DNA of 64,000 nucleotides. It comes from a virus. Made by a program: the position numbers and the translations under genes. Numbering within the stretch: position 1 is the stretch's first letter; each line of letters begins with the position of its first letter. This document shows positions 20,141 to 30,431 of the stretch, piece after piece. Below the pieces are notes generated by a model, which worked only from the letters and a program-made list of their open reading frames with translations, had not been told where the DNA came from and ran no database searches. The stretch spans positions 67,252-131,251 of the IMG/VR virus record IMGVR_UViG_3300033233_000006; one strand, written 5' to 3'.

Positions 20141-20329
20141 ATGGCAAGCTACGCCTTCATTCAGAAGAACGACGGCGGCGACGAGGTTACGCGTCTCTGC
20201 GCAACCGACGCCACACCGCCGCTCCGGCTTCTGTCTGGCGCAACCAAAGTCCCGGCGGCCATCGTGGTCGGGGACCTGATCAAGAACGGCAACTACGCGC
20301 TGCGCGTCGATGAAATCGTGATGGCGTAA
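20141..20329 (+). CDS. Small hypothetical virion protein
   Basis: ATG 20141 fills the gap between two structural genes. Confidence 0.5.
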   Translation: MASYAFIQKNDGGDEVTRLCATDATPPLRLLSGATKVPAAIVVGDLIKNGNYALRVDEIVMA

Positions 20330-20341
20330 GGAGACAACGTC

Positions 20342-21772
20342 ATGGCAAACATCAGTCCGTTTCTCGCACTGAACAGCCGCGGCGCGGCCACGCCCCAGCT
20401 CAAGCGATTCGTCAACGCCACCCCATCGTTCATCGGGGCCACTTTCGGCGTCATCGACACCGACGACGTGAGCTTGGACTTCGCGCGCGGCTACCCAGCT
20501 GTCATCAAGTTCGGCGGCTCGCAAACGTTCCTCGCCACGGTGGGTCTCGACATCTACCGGAGCACGAACGGCGGTACGTCGTGGTCTTCCGTCAAGACCT
20601 TCACGGGCGCGCATCTCAACGCCGCCCGCTCGATCGGGAAGTCGGGGTTGTTCGTTCTACACGTCGCGGGCGTGGCGACGGCCTGCATCGTTACGGCTGG
20701 TGCGGCTGGCACCGCGGAGTACTACGCGCACACGTCCACCAACGGAACCTCGTGGACGACGCTCGGGCCGTTCGTCGCGCCCTTCGCCGATGTCTATGAC
20801 CCGAGCGACTCCGTCGTGTGGGACGGGAAACTAGCAACCATCTGGACCCGACAGCCCAGCACCAGCACCATCTCGTCCCTCTTCGATCCGACGACCGGTA
20901 CCATGACGTTCGCGACGTTCGGCACGTCCAGCGGCGGCAACGTTCAGCGAACATCCGCGCTGTGCGTCTACCAGAACCGGCTGTTCGGGCTCGCGCACGA
21001 ACTCGGCGGTGCGTCCAACACCTACTTCCGAGAGCTGATCGCTGGTGTCTGGACGAACGTGGGAACGGCCCTGTTCGCGCCGTCGCTCACCGACTCGGCA
21101 AAGCACTGTCTGTTCGTGGACGGTGCGAATATGTACGCATTCACTCCGAACGGAACGGGGTGGCGAGCGTGGAAATGGAACTCTGCGCTGACGCGCACGG
21201 AGATCACATCATCGGTGGTCCCGACCGCACTCGCTTCGGGACTCGGCACAAGCCAGCGCATGTCGGTCATCGTGGACGAGCGTGGTGTTCCCGGCACTGC
21301 GCCGACCATCTGGCTCTACCAGTCGGTCGACGGCGCGTTGGCGAGCGCGCTCAACGAGTGGCAGTGGAACGGTGACACCTCGTTCATCGGAACCACGCCG
21401 GGGAGCGCCGGTTCGGGGCCGAACGACTCGGGCGGAAGCGCGCGCGACAACCTCCCCTACGTCAAGCACGCGCAGGGCACAACCTACTGGACGAGCGGAG
21501 AGGACTTCGTCGAACTGAAGGGCATGGCTCCCGCTGTGGGCGGCGTCTCGGTGTCCTTCACGCTCTACTCCGACGCGGGTTCGGGTACTGGAAGTGTGCG
21601 TGCGTGGCACGGCTCGAACACGGCGGCCTATCCGCTCACCGCGGCTACGCTCACAGGCACCCTCACGGGGCTCACGAAGGACAACACGACCGTCTACACG
21701 ATCACCTGGCAGGCCGCAACGGACGGCTATTCGTCGGGACAGCGGGCCAAGTTCGTGCTGGAGAAGTACTGA
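20342..21772 (+). CDS. Virion structural protein with BNR/Asp-box repeats
   Basis: RSTNGGTSW and TSTNGTSW Asp-boxes; AAGGAG RBS. Confidence 0.65.
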   Translation: MANISPFLALNSRGAATPQLKRFVNATPSFIGATFGVIDTDDVSLDFARGYPAVIKFGGSQTFLATVGLDIYRSTNGGTSWSSVKTFTGAHLNAARSIGKSGLFVLHVAGVATACIVTAGAAGTAEYYAHTSTNGTSWTTLGPFVAPFADVYDPSDSVVWDGKLATIWTRQPSTSTISSLFDPTTGTMTFATFGTSSGGNVQRTSALCVYQNRLFGLAHELGGASNTYFRELIAGVWTNVGTALFAPSLTDSAKHCLFVDGANMYAFTPNGTGWRAWKWNSALTRTEITSSVVPTALASGLGTSQRMSVIVDERGVPGTAPTIWLYQSVDGALASALNEWQWNGDTSFIGTTPGSAGSGPNDSGGSARDNLPYVKHAQGTTYWTSGEDFVELKGMAPAVGGVSVSFTLYSDAGSGTGSVRAWHGSNTAAYPLTAATLTGTLTGLTKDNTTVYTITWQAATDGYSSGQRAKFVLEKY

Positions 21773-21775
21773 TCC

Positions 21776-22381
21776 GTGACCCTCAGCGCGCAGGCTGAGC
21801 CGTTTGCGATTGACTCTCCGAGTGCGAGCAGCCTCGGCGCGCTCGGAGAGTTGACGCTCGACTTCGCGCTCAGCAACGCGCTTACGGCGCAGGCCGAGCC
21901 GTTTGTCGATTTTCCTGCGACCAACGCGCTGAGCGCCCAGGACGAGGAGACGCTCGCTTTCCTGCCGCCGCAGAACGCTCTCACAGCTCAGTCCGAGCCG
22001 ATGGTGGACTTCCCGGCGGCAAACGCGCTCGGCGCTCTCGACGAGTTCGCGCTCGACATCGCACGGGCCAACGCTCTCGGCGCGGTCAACGAATCGACGA
22101 TCGACATGGCCCGAGCCAACGCGCTCTCGGCGGAGTTCGATGTCGAAGCGGTTCCGCCGCTGACCGGTGTCGGCGGTCCGCTCTGCGACCACATCGTCAT
22201 GTACGCCCCGCTCATCTCGCCGCTCGATCCGAACGCGGTGAACCCGCCCGAGTCGGCGGTCCCGGTGCCACAGCGTCTTCCCTCCGTGGGGACCGGGCAA
22301 GGCGACCTGAGTCCTGGTACCTTTGGTACTGAGTTCCGCGGTCGAAGTGACCCCGGCGCAGGGGCGGTGCAAGAGCCATGA
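21776..22381 (+). CDS. Acidic repeat protein
   Basis: About 8 tandem 17-aa repeats NAL(S/G/T)A(Q/L)xE.xxD(F/I)A. Confidence 0.6.
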   Translation: MTLSAQAEPFAIDSPSASSLGALGELTLDFALSNALTAQAEPFVDFPATNALSAQDEETLAFLPPQNALTAQSEPMVDFPAANALGALDEFALDIARANALGAVNESTIDMARANALSAEFDVEAVPPLTGVGGPLCDHIVMYAPLISPLDPNAVNPPESAVPVPQRLPSVGTGQGDLSPGTFGTEFRGRSDPGAGAVQEP

Positions 22382-24309
22382 CCCTTCCGACGCTCGCCTT
22401 CGCGCCTACGCAGATCAAGCCGGTCTTCGGGGAGTCGTACGTCTCGGAGGCGGCGAACACGAAGTTCCTCGGACAACCGCGCGGCGTCTATCTCGGGTTT
22501 GTGCCGCAGGTTACGACAGGCTCGCGATTCCTCACACTGGCGGTCGACCCGGTCTACGGCGTCTCTCTCGCGCGCATGAAGTCCTCGCTCGAAGCGACGA
22601 ACGTCGACGTGGTCTCGGACCAGGCGACCACACTCGACTTCACCGGGCACAACTTCATCGCCGACCCGACCGTTTACGTGAAGGTTCACGCCAGCTCGAA
22701 GCTCGGGTCTCCGACGACGGCGGAGGTCTACACAACCGCCGTTCCGGGGTCGACGCCGACCGATCAACTGCTCTGCGTCGTTACGCTCGTTCTCGGCGAG
22801 CTGAGCGTGGCCTCCGATGCGCCGGCCAACCGAGCGACGCCCTACGCCTACGCAACGGCACCGCTTGGCTACGGCTTCATGCGAGATGGCGCCGTCGAGC
22901 AGCTTCTTGCGTCGGTGGCGATGGTCGCCGAGGTGGCGGCGGCCCGAGTCGATCTCGACGGCGTCAACCACCCCTACGTGCCGATCCCGCAGCAAGGCAT
23001 CGCTGACCGCATCGCCGCTGACCTTCTCCCCGCCGCCGTGGCGAGCCGCCTCGGACGCTCTCACTACATCGTCCGCAGCCAGGACTACTTCACCGCTGGT
23101 GCGGCGGACACTTTCCAGGTCTCCAGCTCGTTCGCCAAGGCGGCCAGGACGCGCGCCCCGCTCATCACCATCCCACCCAACGCGTCCGAGCTGGCAAACG
23201 GCGCGATCACCGGTACGAACGACGCAACGAGGAATATCTGCTTCGTCTTTCAGGTGGGCAAGAACGAGCGTCCGACCGATGCCAACAGGTTCGTGGGCTA
23301 TGGTCGCCTCGACGCGTTCGTGATGGTTCTCACCGGCGTGCCCACGTTCAGCAACGTGAGCACGCTGGTTACCGGCGTCGGGACACTCTTCACGTCGGAG
23401 ATCCAGGCGGGCGACATCATCCTCGCACCCGACGGCGAGTTCTACGTCGTGAGCACGATCACAGACGACTTCAATCTCACGCTTACGACGATTCCGACCA
23501 TCGGCGGTCCCGTCGTCTCGACTCGGCGCCGCTTCCAGCTTCGCGTCGTCGTGATCAACCCAACAACCGGAGTCGAGCAACCGCTCGCTCTGCCCGGCGG
23601 CACGACGTTCCGGTTCTTCTTCGGAGCCTTCTTCGACCTCACGCAGTCGATCCACGACTCGACGCTCCTCATGTTCGAGGGCGGCGAGGAGCCGCCACTC
23701 CCCGACTCGGCTGTCGGGGTGAGGGGCAAGGCGCAGGTCAACCCACTCATCACCTACCCCGCCTTGGTCGGAGCGGTCAGAGCGCTCGACAACGGCAACC
23801 CGGTCGGCACCGGACGCCTCGCCTACTCGCTGGGGTTCCACAGCCCTCCCGGCCAACCGGCCATCCCAGGCGCATCGCTCAACGTGACGCCCGGCATCGC
23901 CAACGTGACGGCAGCGGGCCAGGTGGGGCCGATCGGTCCTCCGGGACTCGGACCTGGGCCGACGGGACCGGTCGGACCAGCCGGGCTCGCATTCAACAGC
24001 TTCTCCACACTGTTCACGGCAAGTGCTGACTTCCTTGCGCCATTCGGCGGCTGGTCGCTCGGGCAGGTACTTACGCACGACGTGGTCTTCGCCGGTTCGA
24101 TCAAGTACCTGCACGGCGGCATCTCCCTGTGGGCGATCGACGCTCCCTCGGCTGACAACAACGACAACTTCGACATCACGGCTGTTACGATCACCAACCC
24201 CGGGGGTCTCAACAACACAGGACGCATCCAACTTACGGTCCCGAACGAGACGAGTACCAGCGGACCGCCGATCGGGACCTACGGCCTCTTCCTTAACGCG
24301 GCGGGCTAA
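22378..24309 (+). CDS. Tail fibre-like protein, paralog 1, with collagen-like segment
   Basis: PRGVYLGF.P N-terminus, GT.FT...GD.IL.PDG.FY module, GPIGPPG...GPTGPVGPAG. Confidence 0.7.
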   Translation: MTLPTLAFAPTQIKPVFGESYVSEAANTKFLGQPRGVYLGFVPQVTTGSRFLTLAVDPVYGVSLARMKSSLEATNVDVVSDQATTLDFTGHNFIADPTVYVKVHASSKLGSPTTAEVYTTAVPGSTPTDQLLCVVTLVLGELSVASDAPANRATPYAYATAPLGYGFMRDGAVEQLLASVAMVAEVAAARVDLDGVNHPYVPIPQQGIADRIAADLLPAAVASRLGRSHYIVRSQDYFTAGAADTFQVSSSFAKAARTRAPLITIPPNASELANGAITGTNDATRNICFVFQVGKNERPTDANRFVGYGRLDAFVMVLTGVPTFSNVSTLVTGVGTLFTSEIQAGDIILAPDGEFYVVSTITDDFNLTLTTIPTIGGPVVSTRRRFQLRVVVINPTTGVEQPLALPGGTTFRFFFGAFFDLTQSIHDSTLLMFEGGEEPPLPDSAVGVRGKAQVNPLITYPALVGAVRALDNGNPVGTGRLAYSLGFHSPPGQPAIPGASLNVTPGIANVTAAGQVGPIGPPGLGPGPTGPVGPAGLAFNSFSTLFTASADFLAPFGGWSLGQVLTHDVVFAGSIKYLHGGISLWAIDAPSADNNDNFDITAVTITNPGGLNNTGRIQLTVPNETSTSGPPIGTYGLFLNAAG

Positions 24310-24312
24310 GAC

Positions 24313-26469
24313 ATGGCGATCTTCCCCCAGCAGTACTTTACGAAGGACAACGTGCTCGTGCGGACTGGTCCGCCCGAACTGCGGGAGAACTACGCCTCGG
24401 CGCCGGTCGCAGAGAAGTTCGCGGGCCCGCCGAAGGGCGTCTACCACGGCTTTACCCCAGTCGCCGTAGGCGCCGTGCTTAACCTGAACACCGACATCGG
24501 GGAGGGGCTCTCGCTTCTCAAGGTTCACTCGAATGTCGATCCGGCTGGGATGGACATCATCGTCCCTGGCAATATCTCGATCGACTTCTCCACGGCGGCC
24601 AACCCCGACTTCCAACCGGACGGCGTCCAGGTGATCGCTCGCGCGTCCTACACCAAGGGACAGCCGACTACGGCGATCATCGCGCCGCGGACGAAGACCA
24701 CGACGGCTACGGTGGCAACGATTGGCGCTGTCCCGGCGCCGTTCGACCTCTCAACGCCACAGCTCGACCCGATCTTGCCGGGCACCATCTCGATCTCCGT
24801 AAACGTCTTCGGTTTCGGCCCCGCTGTCATTACCGATGACGGTGCCGGTAACCTGGTCGGTGCAACGGCGCTTCCCGGTGGCGGAACGGTCAGTTACGAA
24901 ACCGGCAAGCTCACTGGAATCACCGCATCGCTCACCGCGCTCTCAGCCGTCGTTCTCGCCTATACCCGAGGCGTTGGTAAGGACGAGGTGCTCATCTGCG
25001 AGCTGACGAACGCGAGTACGAACGCTGCGATCGTCGTCGCCGCAGTTCCAGGTACGACGCGAGACACGCCGCTCGCGTTCCCCGCTGACGAGTTCGGCTT
25101 CATGTCGGCTGGCGCCGTCGAATCGCTCGCTGCGGCGGTCGACATCTTGAACGAGGTGATCGCCGCGCGCCTCGATCTTCAGGGCGTCACCCACCCCAAC
25201 CTCAAGGAGCGCCTCGATGTGGATCTCGGGGCCCCAGCGATGGCGTTTCGGCTGGGTCGCGATCTTCGGCTGCTTCAAAGCAACGACTACTCGGCGCTGA
25301 GCGGGCAGAACGAGATCATCGTCTCAGGCTCGCTTACCGAGACCGGTCGCACCAACGCGCCCGTGCTCACACTGAACGGCGGCGGTTCGGAGACGGTCAT
25401 CGGCGCAATCACCGATCCGCCCGACTCGTCGAGAAACGTCTGCTTCGTCGTCAACACACTCACCGGCGACCGAGTTCTCGCCGACGACACGAGTCGCGAG
25501 GTGGTCTTCGGACGGCTCAAGCAAGATGCCGACTTCCTTCTCGACGGGACGCTCACCTTCACAAACGCCCTCACGTCCCTCAGCGGCGCTGGCTCCCACT
25601 TCGCCTCGCAGCTGAAAGTCGGAGACACGGTACTCGGCCCGGATGGGAAGTTCTACGAGATCGCCTCCGCCGCCAGCGACACGACGGCGACGCTCAAGGT
25701 CGCCTACCAGGGCGGCACAGCCAGCTCGGGCGGACTGATTCGACGGCGCTTCCGGCTTCGGTTCCGTAAGTTCGACGGCGGCTCAGAGGTAGATCACGCG
25801 CTGCTCACCTCGGTCGGGGTTCAGTTCTTCTTCCCGGCCTTCGTCACACACGCCCAGCCCAATTTCGACGGGTCAGTCGCGATGCACGCACCAGGAGACC
25901 GCCCGCCGGTACCGGACGCGACGACGGCGATCCCCGGCAAGGTCGCCCTCGCCAACGCAGGCTCGCCGTACATCGGGTCGATCAATCTCCAACTCGGGGG
26001 TGTCCCGGTCGCTGGTGGTCCGTACCACACGCTCAACTTCACCGGGTCACCCGGGTCGCTGTCCGAGCTGAGCCCCGGCGTCATCGACGTAACCAACATC
26101 GGTGGGATCGGGCCGACCGGCCCGGGGTCGGGCTTCGGACCGCCTGGCGCTCCAGGCATCCCAGGTCCGAGTCTCACGCATATCACGACGTTCGCGCCCA
26201 AGGCGAGCGCCGACAGCCTCGCGACATCGCCGCCGACCAACGTGTCACACACCGTCACCTTCGGCTACCAGGTTCGCTTCCTGAGTGGCGGACAGGCGCG
26301 CATCAAGGTTCCACCTCCGGGCGGACTCTTCTTCGCCGGGCACGACTTCTGTACGATTACGGACATCCGACTCGACTCAGCAACGGTCGGTACGATCACC
26401 GGCACGGGCGGTCCGGCGGCGGTGGCAGCGTCGGTGCTCCTTTACCTTGACGCGGCAGGGACGGACTGA
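24313..26469 (+). CDS. Tail fibre-like protein, paralog 2, with collagen-like segment
   Basis: Same architecture as paralog 1 plus a sheath-type inserted module; GPTGPG..GPPGAPGIPGP. Confidence 0.7.
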   Translation: MAIFPQQYFTKDNVLVRTGPPELRENYASAPVAEKFAGPPKGVYHGFTPVAVGAVLNLNTDIGEGLSLLKVHSNVDPAGMDIIVPGNISIDFSTAANPDFQPDGVQVIARASYTKGQPTTAIIAPRTKTTTATVATIGAVPAPFDLSTPQLDPILPGTISISVNVFGFGPAVITDDGAGNLVGATALPGGGTVSYETGKLTGITASLTALSAVVLAYTRGVGKDEVLICELTNASTNAAIVVAAVPGTTRDTPLAFPADEFGFMSAGAVESLAAAVDILNEVIAARLDLQGVTHPNLKERLDVDLGAPAMAFRLGRDLRLLQSNDYSALSGQNEIIVSGSLTETGRTNAPVLTLNGGGSETVIGAITDPPDSSRNVCFVVNTLTGDRVLADDTSREVVFGRLKQDADFLLDGTLTFTNALTSLSGAGSHFASQLKVGDTVLGPDGKFYEIASAASDTTATLKVAYQGGTASSGGLIRRRFRLRFRKFDGGSEVDHALLTSVGVQFFFPAFVTHAQPNFDGSVAMHAPGDRPPVPDATTAIPGKVALANAGSPYIGSINLQLGGVPVAGGPYHTLNFTGSPGSLSELSPGVIDVTNIGGIGPTGPGSGFGPPGAPGIPGPSLTHITTFAPKASADSLATSPPTNVSHTVTFGYQVRFLSGGQARIKVPPPGGLFFAGHDFCTITDIRLDSATVGTITGTGGPAAVAASVLLYLDAAGTD

Positions 26470-28320
26470 ATGCCCAGTTTTCCGGCTTCTCCCTTCACGC
26501 GCGACAACGTCAAGGTCCGATTCCTCGAACCGACCGTGTCGCAGTCGATCAACCAGCGCTTCCTTGGTCTGCCGCGCGGCGTCTACGTGGGCTACATCCC
26601 ACAGGTCACGCCGGGCTCGCTCGTTCTCGCCCTCGCCCCAGACCCGCGGCTTAGGTTTTCGACGCTCAAGGTCGGAGCAGCCTCGACGGCGGTCCAAGTC
26701 GATGTCTTCACCGGTCAGAGCGTCACGCTCGACTTCACCGGGCACGCTCAGTTTCCGGTCTTCGTGCTCGCCCGCGCCGACTACGCGCCGGGCGCCATCA
26801 CGCAAGCCCAGATCCTCACGCGGCTGACTGGCCCGATCGGTCCGCAGGAGATCGGCATCTGCGTCGTCGACAAGCCCGGTGTGAACCTCGTCGTCTCGAC
26901 GACGATTCCTGGGCAGAGACAGCCGCCGCTCGCGTTCGCTGGACAGGCGTTCGGCTATATGTACGGCGGCGCTACCGACGACATCGCGTTCGCCCAGACG
27001 GTTACGAACGAGGTCATCAACGCGCGCATCGCGCTCGCTACCGGCCTGCCCGCGGCCAACCTCTCGGCCCGCCTCGCACTCGACTTCGCGGGGAGTTATC
27101 TCGCGGGCATCCTCGCGCTTCGTAACGTGACTGTCGCCGGAAACGCTCAGATCGTCCCCGGGTTCGCCGGTTCCGCGAACGTCTCGGCCTCGTTCGGTGC
27201 CATCACCAGGCAGCAACCACCGGCGCTTACGATCCCCGCCGGTGGAACCGAGACGGTCGAAGGAGCGATCACCGCCCCGGTCGACCCGAACGATGAAAAC
27301 GTCTGCTTCATCGTTGACGACACTACGGGACAGCGCATCGTCGATTCGGGGAACAACCCGATCTACGGTCGGCTCTCGTTTCTGGCGGGTGCGATCGCTG
27401 GAACGATCGCTTTCCAGAACGCCCAGACTGCCATCGTCGGCACGGGCACGACCTTCACCGGTCTCCAGGTCGGCGACCTCATACTCGGGGCCGACGGCAA
27501 GTACTACTCGGTTGCGGCAGTCGCGGACAACACCAACGCGACCATCACGCCGGCCTATCAAGGCGCCGACGCGAGCGGCTTCGTCTCATCGTTCCGGCGC
27601 TTCACGCTCAGCTTCCTCACGAGGGGCAGCGGCGCCGAGCTGCCGGCGACGCTCGCCAACACGACGAACCTCCGGTTCTTCTTTCCAGCGTGGTTCAAGC
27701 TCGACAAGGCGGTCTTCGACGCTACTGCTTTCATGAAGCGAGATGGCGAACGCGAAGTCGAGCCGATCGCGTCGACCACCGTTAAGGGTCGAGCGCTGCT
27801 CGCGATCGCCGGTTCGCTCGCTGGAGCGCTGTTCCAGGTCCAGTCGAACCAGATCCCGCTCGGCGCAAACAACTTCCACACCCTCAACTTCGCGTCTGTC
27901 AACGCGGTGGTCACGAACGCTGGCGGTGGACAGGCGAACATCTCGGTCCCCGGCAACCCCGGACCTCCGGGTCCGGGCGCGAACCCGGGTCCTCAAGGCG
28001 CGCAGGGCGGCTACGGCCCCGGAGCCAGGGTTCTCAACGCGTTTCAGCTCTCGCCGACGACCTACGGCCCCGGCGGTACCGGCACTTTCAGCGTGGACTT
28101 CGGTGCGCCCCCCACGGGGCCATCGCTCTCGGGTATTGTGCATCTCGTGGCTGGCTTCGCGATGTACGACGCCGACCCAGCAAACATCGGCTTTGGCAAC
28201 ACGAGCTGGAGAATCACGTCGATCTTCAAGTCGGGTGTCGCCGTTGGCAACGTATCGTTCGACCTCTCCGGTCTCGGCGCCCATGCCAAGGCTCGGTTCT
28301 TCTTGGGAGCGTCTTTCTGA
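26470..28320 (+). CDS. Tail fibre-like protein, paralog 3, with collagen-like segment
   Basis: Same architecture; GNPGPPGPG..PGPQGAQG. Confidence 0.7.
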   Translation: MPSFPASPFTRDNVKVRFLEPTVSQSINQRFLGLPRGVYVGYIPQVTPGSLVLALAPDPRLRFSTLKVGAASTAVQVDVFTGQSVTLDFTGHAQFPVFVLARADYAPGAITQAQILTRLTGPIGPQEIGICVVDKPGVNLVVSTTIPGQRQPPLAFAGQAFGYMYGGATDDIAFAQTVTNEVINARIALATGLPAANLSARLALDFAGSYLAGILALRNVTVAGNAQIVPGFAGSANVSASFGAITRQQPPALTIPAGGTETVEGAITAPVDPNDENVCFIVDDTTGQRIVDSGNNPIYGRLSFLAGAIAGTIAFQNAQTAIVGTGTTFTGLQVGDLILGADGKYYSVAAVADNTNATITPAYQGADASGFVSSFRRFTLSFLTRGSGAELPATLANTTNLRFFFPAWFKLDKAVFDATAFMKRDGEREVEPIASTTVKGRALLAIAGSLAGALFQVQSNQIPLGANNFHTLNFASVNAVVTNAGGGQANISVPGNPGPPGPGANPGPQGAQGGYGPGARVLNAFQLSPTTYGPGGTGTFSVDFGAPPTGPSLSGIVHLVAGFAMYDADPANIGFGNTSWRITSIFKSGVAVGNVSFDLSGLGAHAKARFFLGASF

Positions 28321-28916
28321 TGAAACACTACTTGAGCCACGACACGAACGGAAAGATCGTGGGTGTCCACACGCATCACCACCACCAGACGCAGCTCGGC
28401 GGCTGGCCCGACGACCGACAACTGGAGGACCCTGGCTCCGAAGATGAGACGGTCCAAAGCCTGCGCGGCGCGCAGCTCGGCGGGGCGAACGGAGCGATCG
28501 CCTTCATCGCCTACAACTGCCCGTGCGCCCCCACAGAGACGCGATGCGCGTGCGCGCCAACGAAGGCCGGCAACGCGCGTGTCGCCGAGGGAAAGCTCGT
28601 CGACAAGAAGACAGGGAGCCTCGTCATCGATGGATCTCCCGCCGCATCCGGTTCGACCGTCAAGCGACCCCCGGGCACGAAGATCAAGTTCTCCGTCGCC
28701 TCGGCTGGCGCCGTGGATGGCTCGAAGGTCGTGGTCCAGCAGGGCGGACCAGTGGCGATCATCGACTCGGATAAGCCGGTCGAGCTGGCCTTCGCCGATG
28801 GCATGACGCCGACGTTCGAGGTGGTCGCTCCGACACAGGGGATGACCGGCGGGATCATGGTCAACGGCGACGATTTCGCGCCCATCTACGTCTACGTGCG
28901 CGGATGGGGGGCGTGA
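28320..28916 (+). CDS. Hypothetical protein (possible fibre assembly / metal-binding)
   Basis: His-rich N-terminus, CPC...CAC motif; follows the fibre genes. Confidence 0.55.
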   Translation: MKHYLSHDTNGKIVGVHTHHHHQTQLGGWPDDRQLEDPGSEDETVQSLRGAQLGGANGAIAFIAYNCPCAPTETRCACAPTKAGNARVAEGKLVDKKTGSLVIDGSPAASGSTVKRPPGTKIKFSVASAGAVDGSKVVVQQGGPVAIIDSDKPVELAFADGMTPTFEVVAPTQGMTGGIMVNGDDFAPIYVYVRGWGA

Positions 28917-29551
28917 GCGAGGCTTCGACCGAGACGCACGCGCTCGACACCCACGCAGCCATCACCACCGAGCAGCGGCGCTCGTGCGACTACACGTTCG
29001 ACCAGGACATCCTCGTGGTTCGCGGTGTGATCGACTTCGGGGCCAAGCTGATCGAGACCGCCGAGCGCTTGAACAAGTGGAGAAGAGCGACTGTCGTCAG
29101 CGACGACAAGGCGACCTACGGCACCGAGCGGAACAACGACCTCATCACCATCGATGGCAACGCCCACAAGGAGCTGGCGCCGTTCGAGTGGCTGCTCTGC
29201 CAAGCGCTCCATTCGTGCGCCTACGCCTACCACGCGCTCAACAGACACTTGTGGGTCAGGCGCGACACGGGGCACGAGCTGCTCCGCTACGGACCAGGGC
29301 AGCACTTCCACGAGCACGTCGACACCCTCAGCTCCAAGGGCAGCGCCGACGGGATGCGCGTTCTCTCCTGCGTTGCCTTCATGAACGACGGCTTCGACGG
29401 CGGCGAGCTGTGCTTCCCTCGCCAGAACAAGGCCATCCGCCCCGAGGCGGGAACGGTTGTCCTCTTTCCCTCCGTCTTCACCCATCCCCACGCATCGACG
29501 GACATCGTGAAGGGCGTGAAGTACTCGGTGGCGTCCTGGTTCGTGAATTAG
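28913..29551 (+). CDS. 2OG-Fe(II) oxygenase, prolyl-4-hydroxylase-like
   Basis: LLRY.PGQ.F.EHVD (HxD), N..FDGGEL.F, FPS....PH, G.KYS...W. Confidence 0.88.
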   Translation: MSEASTETHALDTHAAITTEQRRSCDYTFDQDILVVRGVIDFGAKLIETAERLNKWRRATVVSDDKATYGTERNNDLITIDGNAHKELAPFEWLLCQALHSCAYAYHALNRHLWVRRDTGHELLRYGPGQHFHEHVDTLSSKGSADGMRVLSCVAFMNDGFDGGELCFPRQNKAIRPEAGTVVLFPSVFTHPHASTDIVKGVKYSVASWFVN

Positions 29552-29581
29552 TGTAGAGTCCTCGCCGATCGGAGGCGTCCC

Positions 29582-29899
29582 GTGAGGAAGGGCATCATCG
29601 GCCTGGCGCTCATCATCGTCATCGCGTGCCACGCGTGCTGCATCGACGACAAGAACGTCGATCCGACGAACAACGTGAGCGCCGAGTCCTACCGCGCCTG
29701 TGTCGTCAAGGTCCAGTCGAACCTCGTCGGCAACATCATCCCGTCGCTCCAGGCGATGAAAACCGGTGACCTCGCTTCGCCGAGTCCACAGCACACGGCG
29801 AAGTGGTGGGACGCGAAGATCGGACTCATGTCCGACACGGCGACGCTCTGCTCCGACACGCTCGCCGGCTCGAACGTCGGCACCGGTGGCGGCAAGTGA
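29582..29899 (+). CDS. Secreted/lipoprotein-like protein
   Basis: MRK, hydrophobic stretch, then Cys cluster; GGAGG RBS. Confidence 0.6.
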   Translation: MRKGIIGLALIIVIACHACCIDDKNVDPTNNVSAESYRACVVKVQSNLVGNIIPSLQAMKTGDLASPSPQHTAKWWDAKIGLMSDTATLCSDTLAGSNVGTGGGK

Positions 29900-30381
29900 G
29901 CGCCGTCGACCAGGAGAAGGCGCGCGTTCTCATGCGGAGCGCGCTCGAAGCGGCAAAGCCGCAGCTCCTCAATCTCGTCTCGACGGCGAAGGACACGTTC
30001 ATCGCCTCCTTCGGCAACTGGGTCCAGTCCGCGCACCGGAGCCGACTTGAGGAGCTGTTCGTCACCTCGGGGCAGGCCAAGATCGCGGTGCTCATGGCAG
30101 CGTCCGAAGCGGACGCTCGCGAACAACAGGACATCTTCGAGACGACCATCGCCTCGATCGAGACGCTCGGACTCGCCGTCTGGATCACGGCCAAGGCCGA
30201 GGCCGTCGCCGCGCTCAAGGCGACGATCAACCAGATCCTCTCGACGATCGCCGTCGCGGCGGGCGTGGTCCTCAAGATGGCCGTCGAGGCGTTCGTGCCC
30301 GGAGTGGGGGCCGTCATCGGCCCGATCGCCGGAGCCGGTGTCACCTTCGCGCTCAACAGCGCCTTCGGAACGTCGTCGTAG
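29896..30381 (+). CDS. Hypothetical protein with hydrophobic C-terminus
   Basis: GTG overlaps the upstream stop; C-terminal hydrophobic helices. Confidence 0.55.
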   Translation: MSAVDQEKARVLMRSALEAAKPQLLNLVSTAKDTFIASFGNWVQSAHRSRLEELFVTSGQAKIAVLMAASEADAREQQDIFETTIASIETLGLAVWITAKAEAVAALKATINQILSTIAVAAGVVLKMAVEAFVPGVGAVIGPIAGAGVTFALNSAFGTSS

Positions 30382-30431
30382 CTGCGTCCTAGACTGCCCA
30401 TCAAGCACTTACGGAAATCCTCACACAGTGC

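Noticed and set aside
22378-28320. Diversity-generating retroelement or invertible fibre cassette
   Set aside because: No reverse transcriptase or recombinase, and no near-identical TR/VR pair or inverted repeats seen.
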